Source: Calditrichia bacterium (GTDB lineage Bacteria > Calditrichota > Calditrichia > RBG-13-44-9). Taken from it: 24,593 nt of DNA. A program made the position numbers and the translations under genes. The notes under the pieces are model-generated. The model made no database searches and was not told where the DNA came from. It worked only from the letters and a program-made list of their open reading frames with translations. The DNA is taken from contig JARRQT010000120.1 in assembly GCA_037381445.1 (NCBI GenBank), positions 1 through 24,593 of the forward strand, read 5' to 3'. Each line of letters begins with the position of its first letter. Positions within the stretch are counted from its first letter, which is position 1. Below, one piece after another: positions 1 to 8,504 of the stretch.

Positions 1-1
1 A

Positions 2-373
2 CGAAAGAATTTTGATGAAATGGAGATTGCCCGGAATTTTTTATCCCCAAATGAAATCCTGGAGCTCACCAGCTTGCCTGCTGCAATCCGGAAAAAAGGT
101 TTTTACAATTGCTGGACGCGTAAGGAGGCATATATTAAAGGGAGGGGGAAGGGGCTTTCCATCCCACTTGATTCATTCGATGTATCGCTTGCTCCCGGGA
201 AATCCGCGCTACTCAATCGTTCGCAATCGGAACTTGAGGACTCGGAGATCTGGCAACTTCTGGACCTGAAATTGGAGCGGGATTATGTTGGCGCGGCGGC
301 TTTCGAAGGAAGGAATCGGAGAATAATGTTATGGGAATGGGAGTTCTCGGCTATAAATGAACAGGAAGGATGA
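2..373 (+). CDS. Sfp-type 4'-phosphopantetheinyl transferase, 5'-truncated by the window edge
   Basis: Motif FYNCWTRKEAYIKGRGKGLSIPL (WxxKEA signature). The frame is open back to the window start. Confidence 0.9.
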   Translation, partial: RKNFDEMEIARNFLSPNEILELTSLPAAIRKKGFYNCWTRKEAYIKGRGKGLSIPLDSFDVSLAPGKSALLNRSQSELEDSEIWQLLDLKLERDYVGAAAFEGRNRRIMLWEWEFSAINEQEG

Positions 374-558
374 CTTAGATAAACCACTGGTATCTTTTCT
401 CAAATCGATTTGAGCACTTGAAAAATCGAATAGACTTTGAATCGCGGATAATTATAAGAAGGAATTGCCGGTCCGGATTGTCTGAGATGAAGACCCATCT
501 GCTCTCAATCATTTTAAAGGGTTTTAATAATACAAAACAAATTGGCTGTACTGTATGA

Positions 559-1743
559 CTATTTCACCAGAGTCATCTTTATGATTTCGCGATAGGAGCC
601 TACGGTAAGGACAGCGTAATAAATCCCACCTGGCAGGTGATTTCCTGCATCGGTTCTTCCGTCCCAGCGGATCTCGAAACTTCCTGGACCCAATCTGCCG
701 TTAAACAGTCTTTTCACTGCCTGTCCCAAAATATTATAGACCATCAGCTGCGCTGAGGACTCGCTGTTCTGCAGCACAGGAATATCAAACCTAAGGGTGG
801 TTTCGGGATTAAAGGGATTGGGATAATTGGAATACAGTTTGAACTGGGAAGGGATATCGGCTGAAATGGAATTGAGACTTGAATGGCTTAAACTGAGCGC
901 TGCAGAAACGGGGCCGTGAAAAGTCTTCTCTCCGTTTACATCCACGTCCGCCAGTTTGTACCAGTAGGTCTGCCCGGCGACCACAAGTCCGTCCTGGAAC
1001 TGATATTCATGGCGCATGGTGGAGTTCCCCTGGCCCAATAGTGACGGATTATTTGCATAACTGGAATAAAGCTGATAAGTCCCTGATTCCTCGTTTGACC
1101 GCCAGATCTCAAAGCCGGCATTGTTGATTTCACTTTCGGTTGTCCAATTTAATAATAGGCCATTGGAAATTGTTGATATATCAAAAGCTGAAATCTCCAC
1201 CGGCAGGGAAGTGTCATCAACATCAGAGGCAATAACAGGGCTATACTTTGTTCCATTGACTTCTGTCTGTTGTCCTACCATAAGGGAAGGTTCGAATGTT
1301 AAGCCGGCTGTGGTTGATTCATCTTGTATTATTATACGAATATGTATTAAGGATATTGGATTCGTAGTGAGTTCGTTTGGAATACCCACATCAAAACTTG
1401 TAGTAATTGATACGCGTGAACTTGAATTATCGGTTACATTCACAATACTATAATTTGGCGTACCATAAGTATCACCCTGTAGGATCGTTCCTTTTGTTAC
1501 TGTAATCCTGTCATTTAAATATATCGCAGCTCCAAAAGCATCTACACTATAATTAATATATGCTTGAGCATCTCCAAAACCTGTTCCCGCAGCATCGCCT
1601 TGTACCATAACATCAAATTCATAAAATTTAGGGGAAGTACCTGTTATATGACCGTTTGCAAAAGTGAAGATGATACCGGTTGCCAACAGCGAAGATGTTA
1701 ATCCCCAATAAATAATAATTATTAGAAAGAAATATCTCTTCAT
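559..1743 (-). CDS. Secreted T9SS type A sorting-domain protein with a putative cohesin-like N-terminal beta-sandwich
   Basis: Signal peptide; LPVE...WTTESEINNAGFEIWRS domain; C-terminal NYPNPFNPETTLRF...WDGR...GIYY...KMTLVK. The cohesin-like call for the N-terminal domain is inference. Confidence 0.85.
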   Translation of the reverse strand: MKRYFFLIIIIYWGLTSSLLATGIIFTFANGHITGTSPKFYEFDVMVQGDAAGTGFGDAQAYINYSVDAFGAAIYLNDRITVTKGTILQGDTYGTPNYSIVNVTDNSSSRVSITTSFDVGIPNELTTNPISLIHIRIIIQDESTTAGLTFEPSLMVGQQTEVNGTKYSPVIASDVDDTSLPVEISAFDISTISNGLLLNWTTESEINNAGFEIWRSNEESGTYQLYSSYANNPSLLGQGNSTMRHEYQFQDGLVVAGQTYWYKLADVDVNGEKTFHGPVSAALSLSHSSLNSISADIPSQFKLYSNYPNPFNPETTLRFDIPVLQNSESSAQLMVYNILGQAVKRLFNGRLGPGSFEIRWDGRTDAGNHLPGGIYYAVLTVGSYREIIKMTLVK

Positions 1744-1753
1744 GGCGCTGCCC

Positions 1754-3163
1754 TCAAAATATTAATTTTATGCTTTTTGCTCTAAGCATTAAGCTTTTGT
1801 GGATCTGTATCAAGGTACCTGAGAACCCAATCCAACATTTTTTGTCGTCATTCTGAATCTGCCCATTACCATTAGCGTCTGCTGCAATTAAACCAAATAT
1901 GCTTCCTCCCAAATCTTTCATAGCCGATATGCCATAGGCTTGTGACAGACTGGCAGAAAAATCATATAATACACTCATGTGATCCAGCGCCATTAAATTG
2001 GCACTCATAATTGGCAGGTGGTTGCGGTGGCGAACAACCAGATAATAATTGTCAGGAAGCGATTCAAAGGCCACGGGAAACTGTCCATCCAAACCTACAA
2101 TACTTCCGTTATTTTTAATAAATGCTGCCTTTGTAGCAACAAGGCCGGAAGCCTCGGGAGAAGTGCGCAGTTCCAGCAGTACCCAGTCCACTACCCCTGG
2201 GGGAATGCTAGCAACGCTATCGGTGCCCGTGTAATTCCATGGTTCGGCATTGTAGGGCTGGGTCAATGGGAGATATCCGTTATCACGAAGGGCAGTGTTC
2301 ATTACCCCGTTGCTGTATGGTCCTTCCAGAAAAACTTTTGCGTTCACAGCGACACCATGGGAAGCAAAATATTGTGATGCATTTGGATTTATTCCCTCCA
2401 CAAAATCATAATGAAACCATTGTGAAAGACTGCCATTGGTTTTTTTGTCTCCGTCGCCGCCATCTAATGAGCCGGGCGGCCAACTGGCGTAAGTGCCCAC
2501 AATATCCCTTTGCGGATAAATACTAATCTGATAAACTTCACTTGTCCACTCAACGCTTAAAATATATCCCAGAATATTTATGCTTTCAGGATTTCCCAGT
2601 AGACTACGTGGAAGCATTGCTTCGATATATCCGCTCAGGGTATCTGAATTAATCCATAAACTGTCGAGATATTGAAAGTGGCCCCAGCCAAGCGAATCAG
2701 GTGCATATTGAGCAAGGAGATATTGTCCACCTTTTGTTCCGGGATAAGAAATATTCAGACAGTAATCTGCATTAAATGGAAGATCCCATCTCTTCAAATT
2801 GTACCAGACAAGAGGTGGTGTTAAGATATTGATATATACATTCATGGAAGTATCTATTCCATTTCCGTTTTCCGGATCTGATTGCGGATCGGTATCAATA
2901 TACCACCACATAAACTGCTTATAAATTCTGGAGGTGTCATCTTCCTGCCAAACTAATCTTGGGCCGGAATATCCCAAATACAGGTTGTCCTGATCCCAGG
3001 TGCAGTATGCTTTATAACCCGGGGTGCTGGTGGGGAATTCTTCATAATTGGCCGTGAAATCGTTACTGCCGTCCATGGTTATCGAATGATAAGTCTGGCC
3101 CAGTCCCAGACCTACGGAAAGCAAAAATACCAGTAAAACGAATCCTTTATTGATTTTTTCCAT
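1754..3163 (-). CDS. Secreted protein: CBM9/DOMON-like N-terminal domain, 'KVFLEGPY' domain, and a broken dockerin-like C-terminus
   Basis: Signal peptide; ITMDG...WDQDNLYLG...YIDTD; KVFLEGPY...LPLTQPY...VDWVLLELR...HRNHL; EF-hand-like ADANGNGQIQNDDK. The family-typical end NVGLGSQVP* lies in a shifted frame at 1810-1839. Confidence 0.75.
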   Translation of the reverse strand: MEKINKGFVLLVFLLSVGLGLGQTYHSITMDGSNDFTANYEEFPTSTPGYKAYCTWDQDNLYLGYSGPRLVWQEDDTSRIYKQFMWWYIDTDPQSDPENGNGIDTSMNVYINILTPPLVWYNLKRWDLPFNADYCLNISYPGTKGGQYLLAQYAPDSLGWGHFQYLDSLWINSDTLSGYIEAMLPRSLLGNPESINILGYILSVEWTSEVYQISIYPQRDIVGTYASWPPGSLDGGDGDKKTNGSLSQWFHYDFVEGINPNASQYFASHGVAVNAKVFLEGPYSNGVMNTALRDNGYLPLTQPYNAEPWNYTGTDSVASIPPGVVDWVLLELRTSPEASGLVATKAAFIKNNGSIVGLDGQFPVAFESLPDNYYLVVRHRNHLPIMSANLMALDHMSVLYDFSASLSQAYGISAMKDLGGSIFGLIAADANGNGQIQNDDKKCWIGFSGTLIQIHKSLMLRAKSIKLIF

Positions 3164-3678
3164 TTTCGGACCATCCTAAAACATTTTTATATAATATTGC
3201 CGAACCTAATCACATCCCTATTGATAAATGTTACATAAGTGCAATATTTAATTTTAAATTGAAACCGGATTACATAATGAAATAATATCAACAATGCTAC
3301 ATCCGATTTCGTGGCGCAAATCACTATAACAGGCGGAGCAGAAATGTAATATTTATATGGATAGACCAAAAAAGCGAAGCAGTACTTGGAGCTTTCTTTT
3401 TAAATTTGTCAAGTGAATAATGGGTTAAATTTCTATAAATATGCAACTAACTACGAATTCGTATCTGTCCTTATACTGGTTAATTCGTTTTGCCCGGAAT
3501 ATTTAAGATGCATCACCGATTTTGATTAGCATTCCGTTTCTCAGGTCTAAAACATATCTCCCTTTTGAAGTAGAACAACACCCTGTTTTTTCTTAGTGTT
3601 GTATCTTTGGTTTTACATCGGATTTTTTTCTTTGATATCTAATTTTGGATAATCAGCAGAAAGAAGATTTCAAATTTT

Positions 3679-4668
3679 ATGAGAATGTTACTAATCATCT
3701 TCACATTTTTCCTGTTGTTTATGACTGCCTGCGAGGCGCCGCGATTAAATCCTCTTGATCCTCAATCGAGAAATTACATAAAGTCAAATCAAACGCGAAT
3801 TAATGTTCTCCGTTTGTATCCTCCTAATTCCGGAATTTCCGGCATTAACGTGGAAATTATGAATTTAAATATGTTTAAATTATCCGACAGTGATGGCATT
3901 GTTGTGTTTGAGCATGAGCCTGTGGAATCTTTATTTGTATCGGCCTCAGGGACCGGATATTTTCCCGCGAATGTTGATTTTAAAATAAACGGTCTAATCA
4001 ATAATGAGGATCTCTATCTGAATGCCGTTCCACAAATCAAATCTGCTAAATTCTACTCAATTCGCGATAATTCGAGCAATCTGACATATCTGGCACTGGA
4101 AAGTGATGTATCGGATCCGGACGGACCTACAGATATTGTGTCAGTTTACCTAGTGGCTGAATCCGGAAATTTCAGGGAATCGCTCGGGTTTGATGCGCAA
4201 TCCGGGAAATACTCTACAAAATTTAACATCAATAACTTACCGGGGAATTTATCGCCGGAGGAACTGCCTGAACTCAACTTTCATTGTATCGTTAAAAATC
4301 TGAATAATGATAGCCTGATATCGCTGCCCTATTCCATCAGGCGGGTTATAAATGAAAAATTAGATCCTTTGTCGCCTAATCTAAACCAGGCAGAGACAGA
4401 CAGCATAAAGTTCAGTTGGAAGCCTTTGGTATTGGATTATTCCTTTTCTTATAGCATTGTCCTCTACAGTCTGAATGATAATATTCAAAGAATAGGGAAA
4501 TTTGGCCCGATACCATCGACAGCGGATCAATTTATGTTAAATGATCCTTCAGTTCTTGATAACCTTGCAGCGGGCTGGTATTTATGGATATTGCAGGCCG
4601 AAGATGCAATCGGCAATATCTGTCAGTCGAATGCACTAAATTTTCAATACATTAAACAGGCCCAATAA
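3679..4668 (+). CDS. Lipoprotein with Ig-like/carboxypeptidase-regulatory-like domains
   Basis: Lipobox LFMTAC followed by APRLNPLDP; beta-rich sequence. Its stop codon abuts the next ATG (TAA|ATG). Confidence 0.75.
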   Translation: MRMLLIIFTFFLLFMTACEAPRLNPLDPQSRNYIKSNQTRINVLRLYPPNSGISGINVEIMNLNMFKLSDSDGIVVFEHEPVESLFVSASGTGYFPANVDFKINGLINNEDLYLNAVPQIKSAKFYSIRDNSSNLTYLALESDVSDPDGPTDIVSVYLVAESGNFRESLGFDAQSGKYSTKFNINNLPGNLSPEELPELNFHCIVKNLNNDSLISLPYSIRRVINEKLDPLSPNLNQAETDSIKFSWKPLVLDYSFSYSIVLYSLNDNIQRIGKFGPIPSTADQFMLNDPSVLDNLAAGWYLWILQAEDAIGNICQSNALNFQYIKQAQ

Positions 4669-6036
4669 ATGGATTTTAAATCCGATTCGCTAAAAGCGGA
4701 GCAGCTTGAAATTATCTATAATCTCACCCGCAGACTGACTCGTGTCACGGAGGAGAATGATATACTGCAGATCATTTTATCCGAACTCATGAAGGAGACC
4801 GGGGCCGAGGTAGGTGCATTTATTTATTATGATTCAATTGCTGATGAGTTCGTCCCGCGTACAATCAAAAAAAGCGGCAATAACAATTCATCTTCTCCGA
4901 AATTTTCAAACACTATCTTTCAAAAAATCCTAAAGGAAAAAGAAGCCGTTCTCTCCTTCGACATTCAATCGGACGATCGCTATCGGGGAGCGGAAAGCGT
5001 ACTGATCAGCAATATTCATGCGGTGCTGGCTTTCCCTCTTATCATTGAGAACCGCGTTTATGGGATTTTGTATTTTGACAGCCGTGAGAACCGTCAGGGG
5101 TTTAACGAGCCCACCCGGCAGCTGCTCTCATTTTTCACCCCCATAGCTTCATTGATTCTGGAACAGATGCCAATGATCGAACTCTTCAAAATCATTCATA
5201 AAGTTGCCAAAAGCGATATATCTGTGGTCATCACCGGTGAGAATGGTACCGGGAAGGATTTGATAGCCAGGGCAATTTATGAATTGAGCCCCAGACGCGA
5301 TAATCCGTTCCTTGCCCAGTATATTGGCAATATCCCCGGCACAATTCTGGAAAGTGAACTTTTTGGATATAAAAAGGGGGCCTTCACGGGAGCAAATTCG
5401 GACAAAATGGGCCTCTTTGAAGCCGTGAATGGCGGCACTTTGTTTCTGGATGAAATCGGCGACCTGAGCCCTGAATTGCAGACAAAATTTCTCCGTGTTC
5501 TGCAAAATAAAGAGATTAAGCGGCTGGGAGAAAATACCATCCGAAAAGTAGATGTAAGAATAATCGCCGCCACCAATTGTGATCTAAGCGATCTTGTCAG
5601 AAAAGGTAGGTTCCGTGAAGATCTTTATTACCGGCTGAATGTGATTAATATTAAGGTTCCGCCTTTGCGGGAGAGAAAATCTGATATCCCGCTGCTGATA
5701 AGGCATTTTCTTTTGAAAAATTCCTCCGATCAAACACATCAAATAGGCAAACCGGCCTTGCGAAAGCTGATGGACTACAACTGGCCGGGCAATGTGCGGC
5801 AACTCGAAAATATACTGAAACGGGCCGTTATTTTGGCGAATAATAAAACAATAAGCAAAGAGGACATTGAATTCGATGAGGCCGAGGCTCCCTTTTCGGG
5901 GACGCTGGAAGAATATTCAAACCGATTGATTGAGAGCCGCCTGCGCCAATTCAACGGCAACAAGTCCCAGGCGGCAAGGAGTCTGGGGATTTCCCTGCGT
6001 TCCCTGCAAATGAAAGCAAAAAAGCTGGGATTATAG
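4669..6036 (+). CDS. GAF-domain sigma54-dependent Fis-family activator (bEBP); GAF-AAA linker looks shortened
   Basis: N-terminal GAF (FPLIIENRVYGILYFDS); Walker A GENGTGKD; ESELFGYKKGAFTGA; LFLDEIG; FREDLYYRL; WPGNVRQLEN; HTH NKSQAARSLGISLRSL. Confidence 0.95.
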   Translation: MDFKSDSLKAEQLEIIYNLTRRLTRVTEENDILQIILSELMKETGAEVGAFIYYDSIADEFVPRTIKKSGNNNSSSPKFSNTIFQKILKEKEAVLSFDIQSDDRYRGAESVLISNIHAVLAFPLIIENRVYGILYFDSRENRQGFNEPTRQLLSFFTPIASLILEQMPMIELFKIIHKVAKSDISVVITGENGTGKDLIARAIYELSPRRDNPFLAQYIGNIPGTILESELFGYKKGAFTGANSDKMGLFEAVNGGTLFLDEIGDLSPELQTKFLRVLQNKEIKRLGENTIRKVDVRIIAATNCDLSDLVRKGRFREDLYYRLNVINIKVPPLRERKSDIPLLIRHFLLKNSSDQTHQIGKPALRKLMDYNWPGNVRQLENILKRAVILANNKTISKEDIEFDEAEAPFSGTLEEYSNRLIESRLRQFNGNKSQAARSLGISLRSLQMKAKKLGL

Positions 6037-6047
6037 GAAAAACAAGT

Positions 6048-7070
6048 ATGAACAGCATCGGCAGCTATAAAATTCTGGAAACATTGTATGATAAAGGAGC
6101 TGTACAGGCATGTCTGGCAGTTCATCAGAAACTGGGACGGAAAACTTTCCTGAAAATTTATTCCGGGTTGGATGCCGGATTGATCCGGAGATTTGAGAGG
6201 GAAGCAAGAATAGTCGCTGATTTGGACCATGAGTCTATTGTTTCCATCTACGATTTTGGTGAAGACCAGGGCCGATATTATATCGCAATGGAGTTTGTAG
6301 ATGGATGGAATCTGGCGCAATATCTCCAATCCCATGAACTTATGGATGAAGAGATTCTGGATATTGCCTATCAGATTGCAGCCAGCGTGGCTGTGCTTCA
6401 CCGGAAGGGATATATCCATCGAGACCTGAAACCGGAAAATGTTTTAATCGGAAGAAATAAAAAAATAAAAATTACCGATTTCGGGACCTCTTTTCAAGCC
6501 TCTCAGGTCCGCATGACCCAGAACGGCGATCTCAATGGCACGCCACTTTACATGTCCCCCGAACAGATCAATAATCTGCAGATTACTGCCAGCAGCGATG
6601 TTTTTACCCTGGGGATCATATTCTATCAACTGGCCACCGGCATTCATCCGTTTTACGCCGAACAATACGGGGAGATTTTTGCCCGAATTCTAACGCTTGA
6701 GCCGCTTCCCATTAATTCTATCCGAGATACAATACCGGAGTGGTTTTCTGACCTGGTCTCTATGCTGCTTCAAAAGGATGCTTCGAAAAGACCGAAGAAT
6801 GCCCAGGAGGTGGCCGCTGAAATGAAATCCCGCAATATTATCTCAGATATCCCGCAGTTACAGCAGCGAACCCCTTTCCGCTATACCAATATTAAACGAA
6901 AGGCGATTATCTTTCCCCTGTTATTGGGTCTCAAGGTCTGGACATGGTCAGGAGATCCCATTGCCAAAGAAACCTTCTCTATCACGCGCGGGCGGCCGGG
7001 GAGAAAGAAAAATTTTCTGATAAAACCGAATCCAATCCCGTTATTCCGGATTTCGGAAAAACCAGCCTGA
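6048..7070 (+). CDS. Hanks-type Ser/Thr kinase, N-terminal part of a probable kinase-TM-PEGA protein broken near 6927
   Basis: FLKIY, RFEREA, HRDLKPEN, DFG, GTPLYMSPEQ, SDVFTLG. The Gly-rich loop is degenerate, and the hydrophobic stretch AIIFPLLL stops short of a full TM helix. Confidence 0.9.
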   Translation: MNSIGSYKILETLYDKGAVQACLAVHQKLGRKTFLKIYSGLDAGLIRRFEREARIVADLDHESIVSIYDFGEDQGRYYIAMEFVDGWNLAQYLQSHELMDEEILDIAYQIAASVAVLHRKGYIHRDLKPENVLIGRNKKIKITDFGTSFQASQVRMTQNGDLNGTPLYMSPEQINNLQITASSDVFTLGIIFYQLATGIHPFYAEQYGEIFARILTLEPLPINSIRDTIPEWFSDLVSMLLQKDASKRPKNAQEVAAEMKSRNIISDIPQLQQRTPFRYTNIKRKAIIFPLLLGLKVWTWSGDPIAKETFSITRGRPGRKKNFLIKPNPIPLFRISEKPA

Positions 7071-7507
7071 TGATCAAAACCTGGCCCTGGTGCCGAATCT
7101 ATCTCAACTATCAATTTTTTGAAATGACGCCCATGGCGGCGCCCCTGGCGATTGAGCCGGGGAAATATCTCATTTCCCTGAAAAATCCCCTTTATCCCAC
7201 GTGGTCTGATTCAATCACCGTGGAGGCAAATAGGACCAGCACTTTCACTTTTAAACTGGATTCCATCTTCTATCGTCTGGATCTTCAGGTAGTGCCATGG
7301 GGCGAAGTTTATGTGGATGGCGAATTTATGGGCATCACCCCATTATCAACGCCCATATATCTTTCCCGGGAAAATCACTCAATTAAAATTAAAAATCGGT
7401 ATTTTCAAACATGGGAGGATACGCTTTGCTGGAATGGGGAAGATCTTGTTAAAAAGAACATTGTGCTGAACGATAATTCACCGAAAAGGAAAAGAGACGG
7501 AGAATGA
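6990..7507 (+). CDS. Tandem PEGA domains, probable C-terminal part of the preceding kinase in a different frame
   Basis: KTWPWCRIYLNYQFFEMTPM and QVVPWGEVYVDGEFMGITPL. No convincing start of its own (the ORF track opens at 6944); start coordinate approximate. Confidence 0.75.
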
Positions 7508-8301
7508 ACAAACTGCCTTTTGCTATCTTTTTCTGTTTTATGCTCGTTTCGCAACTTTATTCTCAGAATCTCCAATCAGAAATTCAATCGCTGGAAAATG
7601 ATCTAAGAAAATTCGAATATCAGAAAGTGTATGAGAAAGGGCAGTTTTTATTAACTGAATCATATATTACCAAAGAAGATAGCATCAGAATTTATCAATT
7701 TATGATCGATGCATTATTTGCCCTGAGCGATACTTCAACCGCAAAAAATATGGTGGAGGACCTGCTGTCCTGCTGCCCGGATTTTAAGCCCGATCCCAGA
7801 ATAGTATCGCCTAAGATCATCGACTTTATCAATAATATAAAAAGTAAAATCGCAGAACCTTCGGAAATTCCCAAAGAGCCGGAGGTGATGTCCCAGCCTG
7901 CAATTGTGCAGACATATCCTGCTCCTCCCAGGTTTTCATATCTCTTGTCTTCAATTGTTTTTCCGGGGAGTGCTCACCTTATGACCGGAAGAGAAAAGAA
8001 GGGTATAATATTTTCGGCGGTTTCTTCCCTTTTGATAGGGGGAATTGTTTATTCGGCCATTCGAGCGGAGGAAAAAAGGGAAGATTATTTTTCCGCGGGC
8101 AGGAACGGAGATTTCCCGCATCTCTATGACGAATACGATACCGCCTATAAAATTCGCAATTATTTATTGGTGAGCTACGCTGTATTTAATCTCTACGCAT
8201 TTTATGATTTCTATCGCGGCGAAACCAGGAAACATGATATCTCTCTTCGCCTCTCTCCCTCCGGCAAATCCTTTACTGTTAAATTGAGCAAAGCGCTATA
8301 A
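7504..8301 (+). CDS. Exported TPR-like protein with DUF5683-like C-terminal membrane segments
   Basis: Signal peptide; helical N-terminal domain ending PDPRIVSPKII; SSIVFPGSAHLMTGREKKG followed by two hydrophobic segments. ATGA overlap with the upstream frame. Confidence 0.65.
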   Translation: MNKLPFAIFFCFMLVSQLYSQNLQSEIQSLENDLRKFEYQKVYEKGQFLLTESYITKEDSIRIYQFMIDALFALSDTSTAKNMVEDLLSCCPDFKPDPRIVSPKIIDFINNIKSKIAEPSEIPKEPEVMSQPAIVQTYPAPPRFSYLLSSIVFPGSAHLMTGREKKGIIFSAVSSLLIGGIVYSAIRAEEKREDYFSAGRNGDFPHLYDEYDTAYKIRNYLLVSYAVFNLYAFYDFYRGETRKHDISLRLSPSGKSFTVKLSKAL

Positions 8302-8339
8302 CTACGAAATATTTTCATAGAAATGCAAAGATTTCATAG
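8302..8339. promoter_or_regulatory. Two tandem 19-bp imperfect palindromes, putative bEBP enhancer (UAS)
   Basis: CTACGAAA-TAT-TTTCATAG (8302-8320) and AAATGCAA-AGA-TTTCATAG (8321-8339), about 110-150 bp upstream of the -24 box. Confidence 0.6.
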
Positions 8340-8451
8340 CAGCAAAAACCCGTGATTTTCCCGCCATCCAAATACCCGAGAATAATATCTGTAAATCCTT
8401 TAAAAACAAGTTGAAAAAAATGTCAGATTTCGCGCGGAATCCCTGAGCGGC

Positions 8452-8467
8452 TGGTACAATTATTGAT
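8452..8467 (+). promoter_or_regulatory. Putative sigma54 (-24/-12) promoter
   Basis: TGGTAC-AATTA-TTGAT against consensus TGGCAC-N5-TTGC, with correct GG-N10-G spacing. A GGAGG RBS follows. Confidence 0.7.
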
Positions 8468-8504
8468 CTTAATTTTTATAAAATAACTTAATTGGAGGTG
8501 ACGT

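Noticed and set aside
3164..3678. ncRNA, riboswitch or small ORF (3187-3369) in the divergent intergenic region
   Set aside because: AT-rich; no recognisable RNA family, stable hairpin or coding signal.
6944..7507. Stand-alone PEGA gene or programmed frameshift
   Set aside because: The ATG lies inside the foreign-looking segment, there is no signal peptide, and a frameshift would not restore the missing TM helix.
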